Source: Kiritimatiellia bacterium
Lineage (GTDB): Bacteria; Verrucomicrobiota; Kiritimatiellia; RFP12; DVOR01
Reading direction: 5' to 3'
Assembly (NCBI GenBank): GCA_017531445.1
Contig: JAFXKZ010000001.1
Coordinates: 1,522-65,521 of the forward strand
Length of the DNA stretch: 64,000 bases
The translations under genes and the position numbers were made by a program. Positions 29,488 through 38,773 of the stretch are shown one piece after another; position 1 is the stretch's first letter, and each line of letters opens with the position of its first letter. The notes beneath the pieces were generated by a model that did not search any database, had not been told where the DNA came from, and was given only the letters and a program-made list of their open reading frames with translations.

Positions 29488-31053
29488 TCAGGGCTGTTGT
29501 TGCCGTTTCTCCAGGGTAATGCCGCGGTAGGTTACGCCGATATGCTGCGTCTTTCCGGCGATGCCGGAATAGAAGATGAGTTGCCAATGACCGCTCTTGG
29601 GCGTGGAAAATTCATAGGTAAGACCACCCTTTGCCCGGATGTAATCGAGGTCGTAAAGGGCGCGCGTGAAGCATTTTTTGGCGCAGGGATCGTAAATCCC
29701 CAACGAAATCCCGGCCGTCTCTCCGGCATTTACCTCAACGGCATTTACGTTCAGCACGTAGGTCGCGCCATTTTCCAGAGGCGCATTCAGAGCCCGAAAA
29801 TGGCAGGTTTTCTTTTTCTCAGGCGGGAGAGTTAAGGTCTCCATTGCCGCAACGGGAGTGGTGGCAGTCTCGGCGAGGGGTGTTTCGCTTTCGCTTAACT
29901 TTAGGAGAATACTCCTCCGGCTGGAGGGGTTGAGCATAATCATCACAAGGTCCGGACGCGTCCGGCGGATGTATTCCAATGCCGAGCAGTCTTTGAAGTG
30001 ACGCAGGTCGATCAGGTCAACCTCCCGGTAGCAGAGCGCGAGGAATCCGGCGATGGCATTGACAAACGAATCTTTGATGATTAAGAGGCGTTTGGAGGAA
30101 GTTGCTTGGGGATTCCAACATTTGACGAGTGGATGGTCGCCCCCCAAATAGACCACATAGGCGCAGGTTTGATAGAAATCGTGGCGTTGATCAATCCATT
30201 TCCGCTCCAGAAAAGTATCGGCATACGCTCCTTTACGCAAGTTGTTTTTTGCGGGAATGGCCACCGAAAACGAGGTTTCAAAGCGCGGTTCATACCAGAG
30301 CAGTGTGTCCAATCCGCCGTAGTAACGCCCCACACGTCTGCCTTCCGAGCCCAACCACCAGGCGTTTCGCGTATGGAGCGTCCAGCGGGTTTCCTCCAAA
30401 AGTCCAAGATCGCGCTCGGGCGTACCCAGGATGCCGTCAATCTTTTTCACAATCAACGGCGCCGCTTTCAGTGCGCCGCGCGCGTTCCAGTGGTGGTCGG
30501 TGGCATAGAAGTAGCGGGCAAGATCTTCCGGACGTTCGTTTATTACCGATCGCATGTCCAGGGTGTCGATGTGGCGTTGCGCCAGCATTTCCAACAGTAA
30601 ATCAGAATCCTGATTCGTCGTCCGCTGCGTACCGGTGGGCAAGAGTTCGCTGTGGCGGTCGGGCTTATCGGGCAGATTGATATAGAGCAACCGGCTGCCC
30701 AGCTTTTCCGCCTCCGCCTTGGTATGGGCGATTTTCGCTGCGGCCTCCGGGAGCTCTTTGTCGAGATTCCATGTATCCAAACGTGCCAACATCCCATTGT
30801 TCAGGCGGGCAATCTTGTTGTAGACCCTTTGTCCGAGCAAACGGGCATAGGCGCCATTCAATTCTATAAAGGTGTTTTTCCCTTTGAACTGCTGTACATA
30901 TTTTGTGTGCGTAGCGTGGATCAGCTTGCTGAACGAGCGGTGGTCTGGCGTTTCCAGAAGACAACGTAGTGCCACTTTCAGGTTGGCTATCGTCAGCACA
31001 GTAATCAATCCGATGAAGCAGAACGCGAGACTCTTTTTGGCAATGTTCTTCAT
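29488..31053 (-). CDS. AlgX/AlgJ-like (DHHW, SGNH) polysaccharide O-acetyltransferase with extra C-terminal domain
   Basis: N-terminal TM; PDK, YYATDHHWN, LLIIKDSF; downstream of an MBOAT gene. Confidence 0.85.
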   Translation of the reverse strand: MKNIAKKSLAFCFIGLITVLTIANLKVALRCLLETPDHRSFSKLIHATHTKYVQQFKGKNTFIELNGAYARLLGQRVYNKIARLNNGMLARLDTWNLDKELPEAAAKIAHTKAEAEKLGSRLLYINLPDKPDRHSELLPTGTQRTTNQDSDLLLEMLAQRHIDTLDMRSVINERPEDLARYFYATDHHWNARGALKAAPLIVKKIDGILGTPERDLGLLEETRWTLHTRNAWWLGSEGRRVGRYYGGLDTLLWYEPRFETSFSVAIPAKNNLRKGAYADTFLERKWIDQRHDFYQTCAYVVYLGGDHPLVKCWNPQATSSKRLLIIKDSFVNAIAGFLALCYREVDLIDLRHFKDCSALEYIRRTRPDLVMIMLNPSSRRSILLKLSESETPLAETATTPVAAMETLTLPPEKKKTCHFRALNAPLENGATYVLNVNAVEVNAGETAGISLGIYDPCAKKCFTRALYDLDYIRAKGGLTYEFSTPKSGHWQLIFYSGIAGKTQHIGVTYRGITLEKRQQQP

Positions 31054-31059
31054 GAGACC

Positions 31060-32493
31060 TCAGAAATTGAAGTAGATAAAGGGATTGTGTGCGTTCATGA
31101 TCAGATAGGAAACCCCTATCAGGAAGAGGAGCAGTTGCACGGCATAACCGAGCGTTGTGAGGGCTTTTGCCAAACGAATCTGACGCTGTGCCAGACGCTG
31201 TGTCAACGTTTTGAAGAGGGGAATCGAGCAGAGAATGCCGACGAGCAGCACCCATTTAATCTCGTTGAAATGGAAGTAAAAGGCATCGTCAATCCATGCT
31301 ACAGCCGAGCCGCCTGCCATGATTTTCAGATAGTCGCCCGCCGCCGTCAGATTTTCGGCACGGAAGATCACCCAGCCGCAGACGACCGCAAGCAGCGTCA
31401 CTCCCCGGTAAAGTCCGCGCCACCAGACACCACTTTCCAATTTTTGCGGCACGGAAAACCATTTTTCTGCTGTAATCATTACGCCGTAGAGTGCGCCCCA
31501 TACAATGAAGGTCCAGTTCGCACCATGCCAGATGCCGGTGGTAAACCAGGTGAGAAAGAGATTGAAAGAAAGCCGCACTTTGTTCTTTACGCGTGAACCG
31601 CCCAGCGGGAAATAGAGGTAGTCTCTGAACCAGCTTCCCAGCGAGATGTGCCAGCGTCTCCAGAACTCCGTCGCGCTTTTGGCGATATAAGGATAGTTGA
31701 AGTTCATGGGGAAGTTGAAGCCGAACATCAGCCCAAGCCCGATGGCCATTTCGGAATATCCGCTGAAGTCGAAATAGATTTGCAGGGTGTAGCAAATTGC
31801 ACCCAACCACGCCATGCTTACGGAAAGACCCTCCATTTCAAAGGCTTTGTCGGCCACGATGGCAAAGAGATTGGCCAGCAACATCTTTTTGTTGAAGCCG
31901 TAAAGGAAGCGCAGAACGCCCTGTGAGAACATTCCGAGGGTGACTTTACGGTATTCAATTTGCCGGCGGATGGTGGTATAGCGCACGATGGGTCCGGCAA
32001 TCAGTTGCGGGAAAAGCGCGATATAAAGCCCCAGAAAGGCCGGGTTCTTTTGTGCCGGCACACCGCGGTAGACATCGATGACATAACTCATTGCCTGGAA
32101 GGTGAAAAAGGAGATCCCGATGGGAAGCACAAAACTGGTTTGCGGGATAATGCCCTGCCATCCGGGAAAGAGCGTACGGCAAATGTCGGTGATGAAGTTG
32201 CAATACTTGTAGAGAAACAGCACCGAGCAGTTCCCCAGAATTGCGAGGGTCAGGGCTCCTTTTGCGCAGCGGTTCCAGAGGTTTTTCTGAAGATGCCCCA
32301 CGATGATCGCCGCCACATAGTTGAACAGGATGGAGGCAATCATCACCAGCACAAACTTCGGTTCGCCCCATGCGTAGAAGAAAAGCGATGCGGCCAGCAA
32401 CCAATAATTCTTTATTCGCTCTGCCAGAAGGAAGTAGGTGCCGATGACAATCGGAAAGAAGAGAAAGAGAAATTCCAGACTGGTAAATAGCAT
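31060..32493 (-). CDS. MBOAT O-acyltransferase, AlgI/DltB/PatA-like
   Basis: PIGISFFTFQ, FPQLIAGPIVR, YFDFSGYS, FWRRWHISL, GIWHGANW, NPFIYFNF. Confidence 0.95.
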   Translation of the reverse strand: MLFTSLEFLFLFFPIVIGTYFLLAERIKNYWLLAASLFFYAWGEPKFVLVMIASILFNYVAAIIVGHLQKNLWNRCAKGALTLAILGNCSVLFLYKYCNFITDICRTLFPGWQGIIPQTSFVLPIGISFFTFQAMSYVIDVYRGVPAQKNPAFLGLYIALFPQLIAGPIVRYTTIRRQIEYRKVTLGMFSQGVLRFLYGFNKKMLLANLFAIVADKAFEMEGLSVSMAWLGAICYTLQIYFDFSGYSEMAIGLGLMFGFNFPMNFNYPYIAKSATEFWRRWHISLGSWFRDYLYFPLGGSRVKNKVRLSFNLFLTWFTTGIWHGANWTFIVWGALYGVMITAEKWFSVPQKLESGVWWRGLYRGVTLLAVVCGWVIFRAENLTAAGDYLKIMAGGSAVAWIDDAFYFHFNEIKWVLLVGILCSIPLFKTLTQRLAQRQIRLAKALTTLGYAVQLLLFLIGVSYLIMNAHNPFIYFNF

Positions 32494-32554
32494 CTGCCAC
32501 TCCTTATTATTGTCTTACCGGGCTGCCACTGCCACTGTATGCCCATTTCTTACA

Positions 32555-32583
32555 AGTATACTCCCCCCCCCCCAGACTGTCAA
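32555..32583 (-). promoter_or_regulatory. Near-consensus sigma70 promoter with a G11 tract in the spacer
   Basis: TTGACA-gtct-G11-ag-TATACT (17-bp spacer); C11 on + strand at 32563-32573. Confidence 0.85.
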
Positions 32584-32600
32584 GCGGGGGCGTAGAATAG

Positions 32601-32750
32601 ACGCGTCGGCAAGGGTGGCAACCGCCCCCGGCGGAGCGGTTTTTGAACATCGGCGAAACAGCGGGGGGAAGATCGCCGAAAGTCGGGGTGAGAGTCGCCC
32701 ATATGGCACGTGAATATCGGCGAAAGTGAAAAACGCTTCCGGCGGAGTGT
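32601..32750. repeat. 22-bp phased pseudo-palindrome array D
   Basis: Cores at 32607, 32629, 32651, 32674, 32696, 32718, 32740. Confidence 0.85.
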
Positions 32751-33051
32751 AAGCTCTCACCGGATGCGGTTGAAAAACGTCTTCGGGTCTCTTCTTTGCG
32801 GATGCGCCCGGCGGGGGAGCGCAGCTGCCGTGGAAAAGCGCAGAGCGCACCTGTGTTTGGATGCCTTTGTCGCTGGGGTGGCAAAGGCGGGTGCGCACGG
32901 GGATGAGGGCAGAGCATACGCGACGTTTCACACACAGTTGGCGTGGCGGCAAGGCGTTGTAGCGCGCGGCGAAGAAACGGGGAGGGGGATTTTCCAGCAG
33001 GGAACTGCGGCTTTTGCTTCCGTTTTTCACGCGTTTTCGCTATACTATTAG

Positions 33052-33423
33052 ATGAATATGCGTGTATCGGCAAACGATTTCGTCTGTCAATGTTGCGGTG
33101 CTTGTTGCAAAGTGCCGGGCTATGTGCGTCTCACCGAGGCGGATGTGGAGGCCATGGCCGGGGAGCTGGGGCTCACAGAAGAGGCTTTTATCGAAGCGTA
33201 TACCGAGCTTTCCCCCACGCGCAGCGGATTGGTCCTGAAGGGCGATCCTGCCGCGCCGTGCTGTTTTTTGACGGCGGAAAATCTGTGCCGGATACACGCG
33301 GCGCGTCCGCAGCAGTGCCGGGACTATCCGGCGCGTTGGCGGAGCGAAGCCATTGAATCGGTTTGTGCAGCCGCGCGTTTGCGCCGCTCCGGCGTGGGCG
33401 CAGCAACGGAGCAGACGGATTGA
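33052..33423 (+). CDS. YkgJ-family cysteine-cluster protein
   Basis: CQCCGACC, CCFL...CRIH..RPQQCRDYP. Confidence 0.9.
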   Translation: MNMRVSANDFVCQCCGACCKVPGYVRLTEADVEAMAGELGLTEEAFIEAYTELSPTRSGLVLKGDPAAPCCFLTAENLCRIHAARPQQCRDYPARWRSEAIESVCAAARLRRSGVGAATEQTD

Positions 33424-33436
33424 AAAGGAGTGGATA

Positions 33437-34054
33437 ATGGAACTTTTCTGGACGGGTGGATTCATTTTCTGGGTGATTGTCGCGATGATTTTCGTGGCTG
33501 TTGTGACCTTTGTTGAACGGTTGCTCTATCTGCGCCGGGTGACCATTGATCCGCGTGATTTCCTGCCCGGCGTTTTCAATGTGTTGGATAAGGGCAACAT
33601 CAAAGAGGCACTTGAAAATTGCGATGAGGCGGCCGGCCCCTTGCCGACGCTGGTGGCCGAGGCGATTGTCTACCGGGCCAGCTCGCCGGAAAGCCTGAGG
33701 GAAGTGCTCGCGGCCCGCACCCATACGGAAGTGTCGCGTCTGGAACGCCGGACAATGTTGCTTTCGCTTTTGGCGCAACTGCTGCCGCTTTTGGGATTGA
33801 TTGGCACCTTTATCGGGGCCTATGCCGTGATGACCGCGCTGGATGTGCAGGCGCCGTTGGTGCAGACCGGTGCGGTGGCACAAGCCGTAGCCGGCGCATT
33901 GGTCAATACCATTGCCGGTTTGATCGGGGCGGCGTTTTGCTACGCGGCGCATCACATTCTGGTGTTGAAAGCCGACGCGTTGAGCCTGGATATGGATACG
34001 TGTGTGGCATTGATGCTGGAACATTTGGACGCAGCTCGGCGCGGAGAAAAATGA
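33437..34054 (+). CDS. MotA/TolQ/ExbB proton-channel family protein
   Basis: ER after TM1, LPLLGLIGT, ALVNTIAGL; ATG after AAGGAG. Confidence 0.88.
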   Translation: MELFWTGGFIFWVIVAMIFVAVVTFVERLLYLRRVTIDPRDFLPGVFNVLDKGNIKEALENCDEAAGPLPTLVAEAIVYRASSPESLREVLAARTHTEVSRLERRTMLLSLLAQLLPLLGLIGTFIGAYAVMTALDVQAPLVQTGAVAQAVAGALVNTIAGLIGAAFCYAAHHILVLKADALSLDMDTCVALMLEHLDAARRGEK

Positions 34055-34548
34055 TGGATCCCAAAGACTCCGTTCACGAACCCTATGTGTGGAAGCGGCA
34101 CTCCTTTACGGGGGCGAAGTTCCCCAAACGCAGAATCGTGCGTTCGTTTTTGATGATGGTGCCGTGGATCAATTTGATGGTTATCGGAATGTTGCTGTGG
34201 TGCGTCTCGCGTCAAACGCTGGTGCAGCCGGGGCGCGTGGCGGTGCTGCCCAAGGGACCGGTGGAAGAAGGTCTGTCGGTGCAGACGCCTTCGGCTGTGA
34301 TCCGTCCGCTGAAGGCACCGGGGCGTGAAGGCGTTACCGTGCTGTTGCTGGATGACGGACGCTACTGTTCCGATGTGCCATCGGAGTTGGCCGCGCTTGA
34401 ACACGCCCATCCGGGGCATGAATTGAATCTGATTGTTGATGTCGCCGTGCCTTATGGTGTGGCAATGACCTGGGTGGAACGGCTGCGCGCTTGCGGCGTG
34501 GAGCGGATCAATCTGGTGACTGTCGCCGAAACAGAGCAGGAAAAGTAA
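34051..34548 (+). CDS. Divergent ExbD/TolR-family protein
   Basis: Single TM (VPWINLMV), LPK, LIVDVAVPYG...LRACGVERINLV ExbD-type C-terminus; overlaps the exbB stop. Confidence 0.75.
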   Translation: MMDPKDSVHEPYVWKRHSFTGAKFPKRRIVRSFLMMVPWINLMVIGMLLWCVSRQTLVQPGRVAVLPKGPVEEGLSVQTPSAVIRPLKAPGREGVTVLLLDDGRYCSDVPSELAALEHAHPGHELNLIVDVAVPYGVAMTWVERLRACGVERINLVTVAETEQEK

Positions 34549-34567
34549 CCCCGCCGGACGCAGAAAC

Positions 34568-35341
34568 ATGAGCCCTAACGACGAACGCCTCTGGGAACGC
34601 AGCCGCCAATACGTGCCGAATAAGCGCGTGTCGATGTTGCGCCTGTTGCGTTGGCGGAAGATGCGGCGCACCAAGCGCAACCGGAAGAGTTTGCTGGCCT
34701 ATTGGTGGGCGCCTGTGGCGGTTACCCTTACGATGGCCGCCGGAATCTTTTTTGCAGCTATGGGCTTGCCGGAAGGTAACCTCCGCGAAGGAGAAAGCCT
34801 GCCGGAGCCGGGATTGTATGTGGTCTACACCACGCAAGAGATGATGACGAGACTGGTGCGGGCGGAGAATGTGCGGCGGATCGCGTTGGCATTGAATGAT
34901 GATGAAGTGGGAATCTCACTGAAAGCAATCTTGCCCGAACCGCCGCTTTATCGTGCGCAAACGTTGGAATCGCAGGATTATTACGCGCTTCCCGTGAGCG
35001 AGAAGCATCTCTCTGTCGAGGGATTTCTGCCGCCGATGGCCGAAGAAGTGATGGCATATCCTGCGCAATATGCGGTGAAATGGTTGCCGGATGCGGCGTT
35101 GTCCGCGAGCGGTTTCAAGGTGGAGCTGCCTTCGCCCGGAGCAGATGTGCGCGAAACTTCGGCGCGTTTCGGTGTGCGATTGAACGCTGCCGGGCACGTG
35201 GTTGACGTGCTGCGGCTTGCGCCTGCCGGCAGAGAAACCGCGTGGTTGCGGCAGCTTCGCATGGCACTTTTGAAAGGGCGCGGCACAAATGCCGCGCAAG
35301 GTGTGATCAGAATTTACTGGAATGCAGAGGGCGAAGAATGA
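34568..35341 (+). CDS. Membrane-anchored protein with possible TonB-like C-terminal domain
   Basis: Basic N-terminus, one TM, Pro-containing linker, ARFGVRLNAAGHVVDVLRL resembles TonB_C; follows exbBD. Confidence 0.5.
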   Translation: MSPNDERLWERSRQYVPNKRVSMLRLLRWRKMRRTKRNRKSLLAYWWAPVAVTLTMAAGIFFAAMGLPEGNLREGESLPEPGLYVVYTTQEMMTRLVRAENVRRIALALNDDEVGISLKAILPEPPLYRAQTLESQDYYALPVSEKHLSVEGFLPPMAEEVMAYPAQYAVKWLPDAALSASGFKVELPSPGADVRETSARFGVRLNAAGHVVDVLRLAPAGRETAWLRQLRMALLKGRGTNAAQGVIRIYWNAEGEE

Positions 35342-37578
35342 AAGTTCTCTTGAGCTTGAGCGCATTGTTGGTGTGGACGCAGGTGATGTTCGCACAGGTA
35401 AGCTTCCGGGGAGCCGGTCCGGTTGAGACCGATTCGCAGGGGCATGTGATTGAGAAGTTGGACTATGATCGCAAGATTGTGGCGACCAATGGTCTGCCTT
35501 CTGCTGCCGAGTATCGGGCGGAACTTGCCGAGCGTGAGCGCATGAAAAAGGTGGCACGCGAGGTAGGACCGTGGTTTGAAGCCATCCAGCATCTTGAGAT
35601 TGTTCAGAAGGAAGGCGAAGCGAAGTACGATGCTGACGGTGGCGGTTTGGCCGGAGATGGTGCCGGACCTACGCCGGGACAGTCGGGCGAAGGCATGGCA
35701 GCCTACATTGAGGCAATGCGCGTTTTCAACAGCAATACAGCCGAAGGCGGCTCTGTTTCCAAGGATGCCCGCCAATTGAAAGCGGCGTTGGAGGAATTGC
35801 TTTACCGGCGTGGCGGGGAAGTGGTGTGCGGTCCTTCGCGGGGGGTAAGCATCAAATATCCGTTGGAATTGCTCCTGGTGCGGTATCAGAGTTGGAAGGC
35901 ACAGAGTGTGCCGATAAAGGAACTTTATGCGGCAAAGTCGGCAGATTTGTGGCCGGGTAAGGTGCCGGAAGATGCGGAACGTGTGACGAAAAAGGTGACG
36001 CTTTATCCGGGTGAAGGCGGATATATCAGCACGGGTTTGTATGTACCGCCGGGCGAGGTGATAACGATCAAGTGCGGGGGGCTGACGGGGAATCTGACGG
36101 CTCAAATCGGCTGTCATACGGATAAATTGGATCCGAAGATTGTGCCTTTGGATGAGGATGGCAACCCGATGGACGATCCGTATAATCCGGTTGTGCCGAA
36201 TCTTGCCAAGGTAAAGATGGGCTGGCAGCAGATTACGGATAATCGCCCTTTGTGGCGTTGGCCGGATATGGTGCGTCGGTTTCCAATTAAAAAGAAGCGT
36301 GAAGAGATCGGCCATGTGCTTGGTGGTGTGCTGTGGCTCCAATGGAGTGGCGGATCGCGTCCGATGGAGGTGGAAGTGAGCGGCTGTGTACAAATGCCGT
36401 GGTTCCGTCTGGGGATCGATTCCAATAAGGACTGGATTGAGACGATTTCCAAGTATCCTGCGCCGTGGGCAGAGTTGCAAACCAAGACGATTATTCTCAC
36501 AGTGGAATCGAAATATGTCCGCAATGTGAAGAATATGGAGGCGTTGGCGCAATGGTGGGGTAAGGCGGCTTGCATTATGCTGCGCGTGAGCGGACGTGCG
36601 CTTCCTACCGATACCGAGGCGGCGAATTTCCGTGCTTCCAAGCGCGAATGGGGCATTTTGAACAAAAAATTGGTGCAGATGAATCCGGAGGCTCCGCCGG
36701 ATGTGGAGGGGATGGTGCGCGAAGCGGAGAAGACGCCTTCGGTGAGCGACCGTTATGGAATCCCCATGGAGCAGGAGCCGGTGCCGGTAGATCCGAAGAA
36801 ACCTAAGGCGATTAAAATCCCTTCCCGCGAGAATGAACCGAAGCATACACCGATGCGCATTGTGGACGATGTGCAGATTTCTGTGGGCGCAGGTCACTCG
36901 GGTTATCCCATCATGTGTATGGAGTGGGGTGGCGGCATGATGAATTTGAAGCATCTGCAACGCTCCGGTTCGTGGGGGGCGTTGCATGAAATCGGGCATA
37001 ACATGGGGCAGGGTGTCAATGGCATTTTTGCCCTTCCGGGAAATGGCGAGGTGGTGAACAACTTCTTCGGCACGTGCACGATGAACTTGCTTAACGGGAC
37101 GCGTTTTACCCGAATCTGCAAGGATGCCTGGCAGGCCGTTGCCCAAAATGCAGAGAAGAAAATGCCGGATTTATGGATGAAGTCGCAGGTGTTTGAGCGG
37201 TTGGTCTTCTACATGACCCTGGCGCATTACTTCGGTGTGGAGAGCGTGGTCACCGTGGTGAATGACAAAAACGACAAGTATCCCACGGCCGCTACGGGCG
37301 ATCGGCTCTGTTGTGCGTGGTCGAAAGCCGTTCAGCGCGACCTCACGCCCTATTTTGAAATTTGGGGGCTTCCGCTCTCCAAAGCCGCTTACACCTACAC
37401 GCAAGACTGGGCACCCTGGCCGACCGATGCGGAAAAAGGCCTGCTCTTCACCGAGCCGCCGACGTATCGCGGTGAGCCGATGGGCGACTTTGAAATCGAG
37501 GTTTCCACGCCCGAAGAGGTGAAGACGCGCCGCCAGCTCCGTGCGCGTGAGCATTTCAAAAAGACGGTGAAAGAATAA
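35338..37578 (+). CDS. Secreted M60-like (enhancin family) zinc metallopeptidase
   Basis: STGLYVPPGE, IGCHTD, PAPWAEL, DVQISVGAGHSGYP, WGALHEIGHN...GEVVNN; signal peptide. Confidence 0.9.
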   Translation: MKVLLSLSALLVWTQVMFAQVSFRGAGPVETDSQGHVIEKLDYDRKIVATNGLPSAAEYRAELAERERMKKVAREVGPWFEAIQHLEIVQKEGEAKYDADGGGLAGDGAGPTPGQSGEGMAAYIEAMRVFNSNTAEGGSVSKDARQLKAALEELLYRRGGEVVCGPSRGVSIKYPLELLLVRYQSWKAQSVPIKELYAAKSADLWPGKVPEDAERVTKKVTLYPGEGGYISTGLYVPPGEVITIKCGGLTGNLTAQIGCHTDKLDPKIVPLDEDGNPMDDPYNPVVPNLAKVKMGWQQITDNRPLWRWPDMVRRFPIKKKREEIGHVLGGVLWLQWSGGSRPMEVEVSGCVQMPWFRLGIDSNKDWIETISKYPAPWAELQTKTIILTVESKYVRNVKNMEALAQWWGKAACIMLRVSGRALPTDTEAANFRASKREWGILNKKLVQMNPEAPPDVEGMVREAEKTPSVSDRYGIPMEQEPVPVDPKKPKAIKIPSRENEPKHTPMRIVDDVQISVGAGHSGYPIMCMEWGGGMMNLKHLQRSGSWGALHEIGHNMGQGVNGIFALPGNGEVVNNFFGTCTMNLLNGTRFTRICKDAWQAVAQNAEKKMPDLWMKSQVFERLVFYMTLAHYFGVESVVTVVNDKNDKYPTAATGDRLCCAWSKAVQRDLTPYFEIWGLPLSKAAYTYTQDWAPWPTDAEKGLLFTEPPTYRGEPMGDFEIEVSTPEEVKTRRQLRAREHFKKTVKE

Positions 37579-37644
37579 CGTTTGCCCGGCGCAGTGTTTG
37601 GCTCTTCGCGGGAGGTGAAAAACTGTTTGAGGGGAGTGCGCCGG

Positions 37645-37751
37645 CAATGTCCCCGAAACGGGGTGGACAACGTCGCCCACACTGAAGCGGAACATCGCCG
37701 AAAGACTACCGCAACATGGGCGATGTTGGACGGCAGGTTTCGCCCATGTTG
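37645..37751. repeat. 22-bp phased pseudo-palindrome array E
   Basis: Cores at 37651, 37674, 37696, 37718, 37741. Confidence 0.85.
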
Positions 37752-37781
37752 AAAAACGCTTCCAGAGGAGGTGCGAAAAAG

Positions 37782-38681
37782 ATGAGTTGGCTTTTTGGAC
37801 CCGTACCCTCGCGCCGCTACGGACGCAGCCTCGGCATTGACCTTGTGCCGATGAAGACTTGTTGCTACGATTGCGTGTTCTGTCAATTGGGCGTTACGCC
37901 GCAAACCACGTGCGAGCGAAGCGACTATGTGCCGCTGAATGAGGTTTTTCAAGAACTGGAAGCGTGGTTTTCAAAAGGTGGTCAGGCCGATATGCTGACG
38001 CTTTGCGGTTCGGGGGAACCCACACTTCATGCGCATTTCGGTGATGTGTTGCGCTGGATCCGCGATCAAACGTCGCTGCCCTCGCTTTTGATGAGTAATG
38101 GTGCGCTCTTTGCTGATCCTGTCGTGCGCAAAGACGCCGCCGTGGCCAATCGCGTTAAGATTTCAATGCACTTTTGGGATGAGGCCAGTTTTGCCGCTGT
38201 TGTGCGTCCGCACGCTTCGCTGCACTTCCGCAGTGTATATGAAGCGTGGCTGCGTTTCCGTCAGGAATACGAAGGCGCACTGGATGTGGAATTCTTCGCG
38301 CTTCCCGGGCTTAATGTTGAGCCGGAACAATTGGAAAAAATCTATCGGTTGATAGAGCCCTTATGCCCGGATACCGTAACGGTAAACAGTGCAGCCCGTC
38401 CTCCGGCAGAATCCTGTGTGCGTACCGTCTCTGAGGAAACGCTGGCGCATCTGCGCGCTTTTTTTGCTCCGCTTGCCGGCGAACGTCATACCGCTATGGC
38501 TGCTGCCGTGCAACCCTATTCCGAGCAGGCCCTCCTGGCTTTGGCACGGAGACATCCGTTGACGCCTGCACAATTCGCCCGCTATTTCGGCGTTCCGGAA
38601 GCGCAGATTCTCCAAACTCTCCGGCAGTTTGCCGCGACAGATGAATATGCTGCGCGCGCATTATTGCCTCGGGAGGAGTAG
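37782..38681 (+). CDS. Radical SAM protein
   Basis: FGPVPSRRYGRSLGID, CCYDCVFC (CxxxCxxC), GSGEPTL; start after GAGGAGG. Confidence 0.9.
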   Translation: MSWLFGPVPSRRYGRSLGIDLVPMKTCCYDCVFCQLGVTPQTTCERSDYVPLNEVFQELEAWFSKGGQADMLTLCGSGEPTLHAHFGDVLRWIRDQTSLPSLLMSNGALFADPVVRKDAAVANRVKISMHFWDEASFAAVVRPHASLHFRSVYEAWLRFRQEYEGALDVEFFALPGLNVEPEQLEKIYRLIEPLCPDTVTVNSAARPPAESCVRTVSEETLAHLRAFFAPLAGERHTAMAAAVQPYSEQALLALARRHPLTPAQFARYFGVPEAQILQTLRQFAATDEYAARALLPREE

Positions 38682-38773
38682 CAAGGAGATGTGCATTCTA
38701 TCGGCAAGACGCACGGAAATGGACAGGAAAGCGGAAGAATGCTGACGCGATAACGAAACGAATTCGGGCAGGG

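Noticed and set aside
35314-37146. 610-aa - strand ORF
   Set aside because: Antisense to the M60 peptidase
37716-37781. N-terminal extension of the radical SAM ORF
   Set aside because: Runs through array E; the family N-terminus and RBS support ATG 37782
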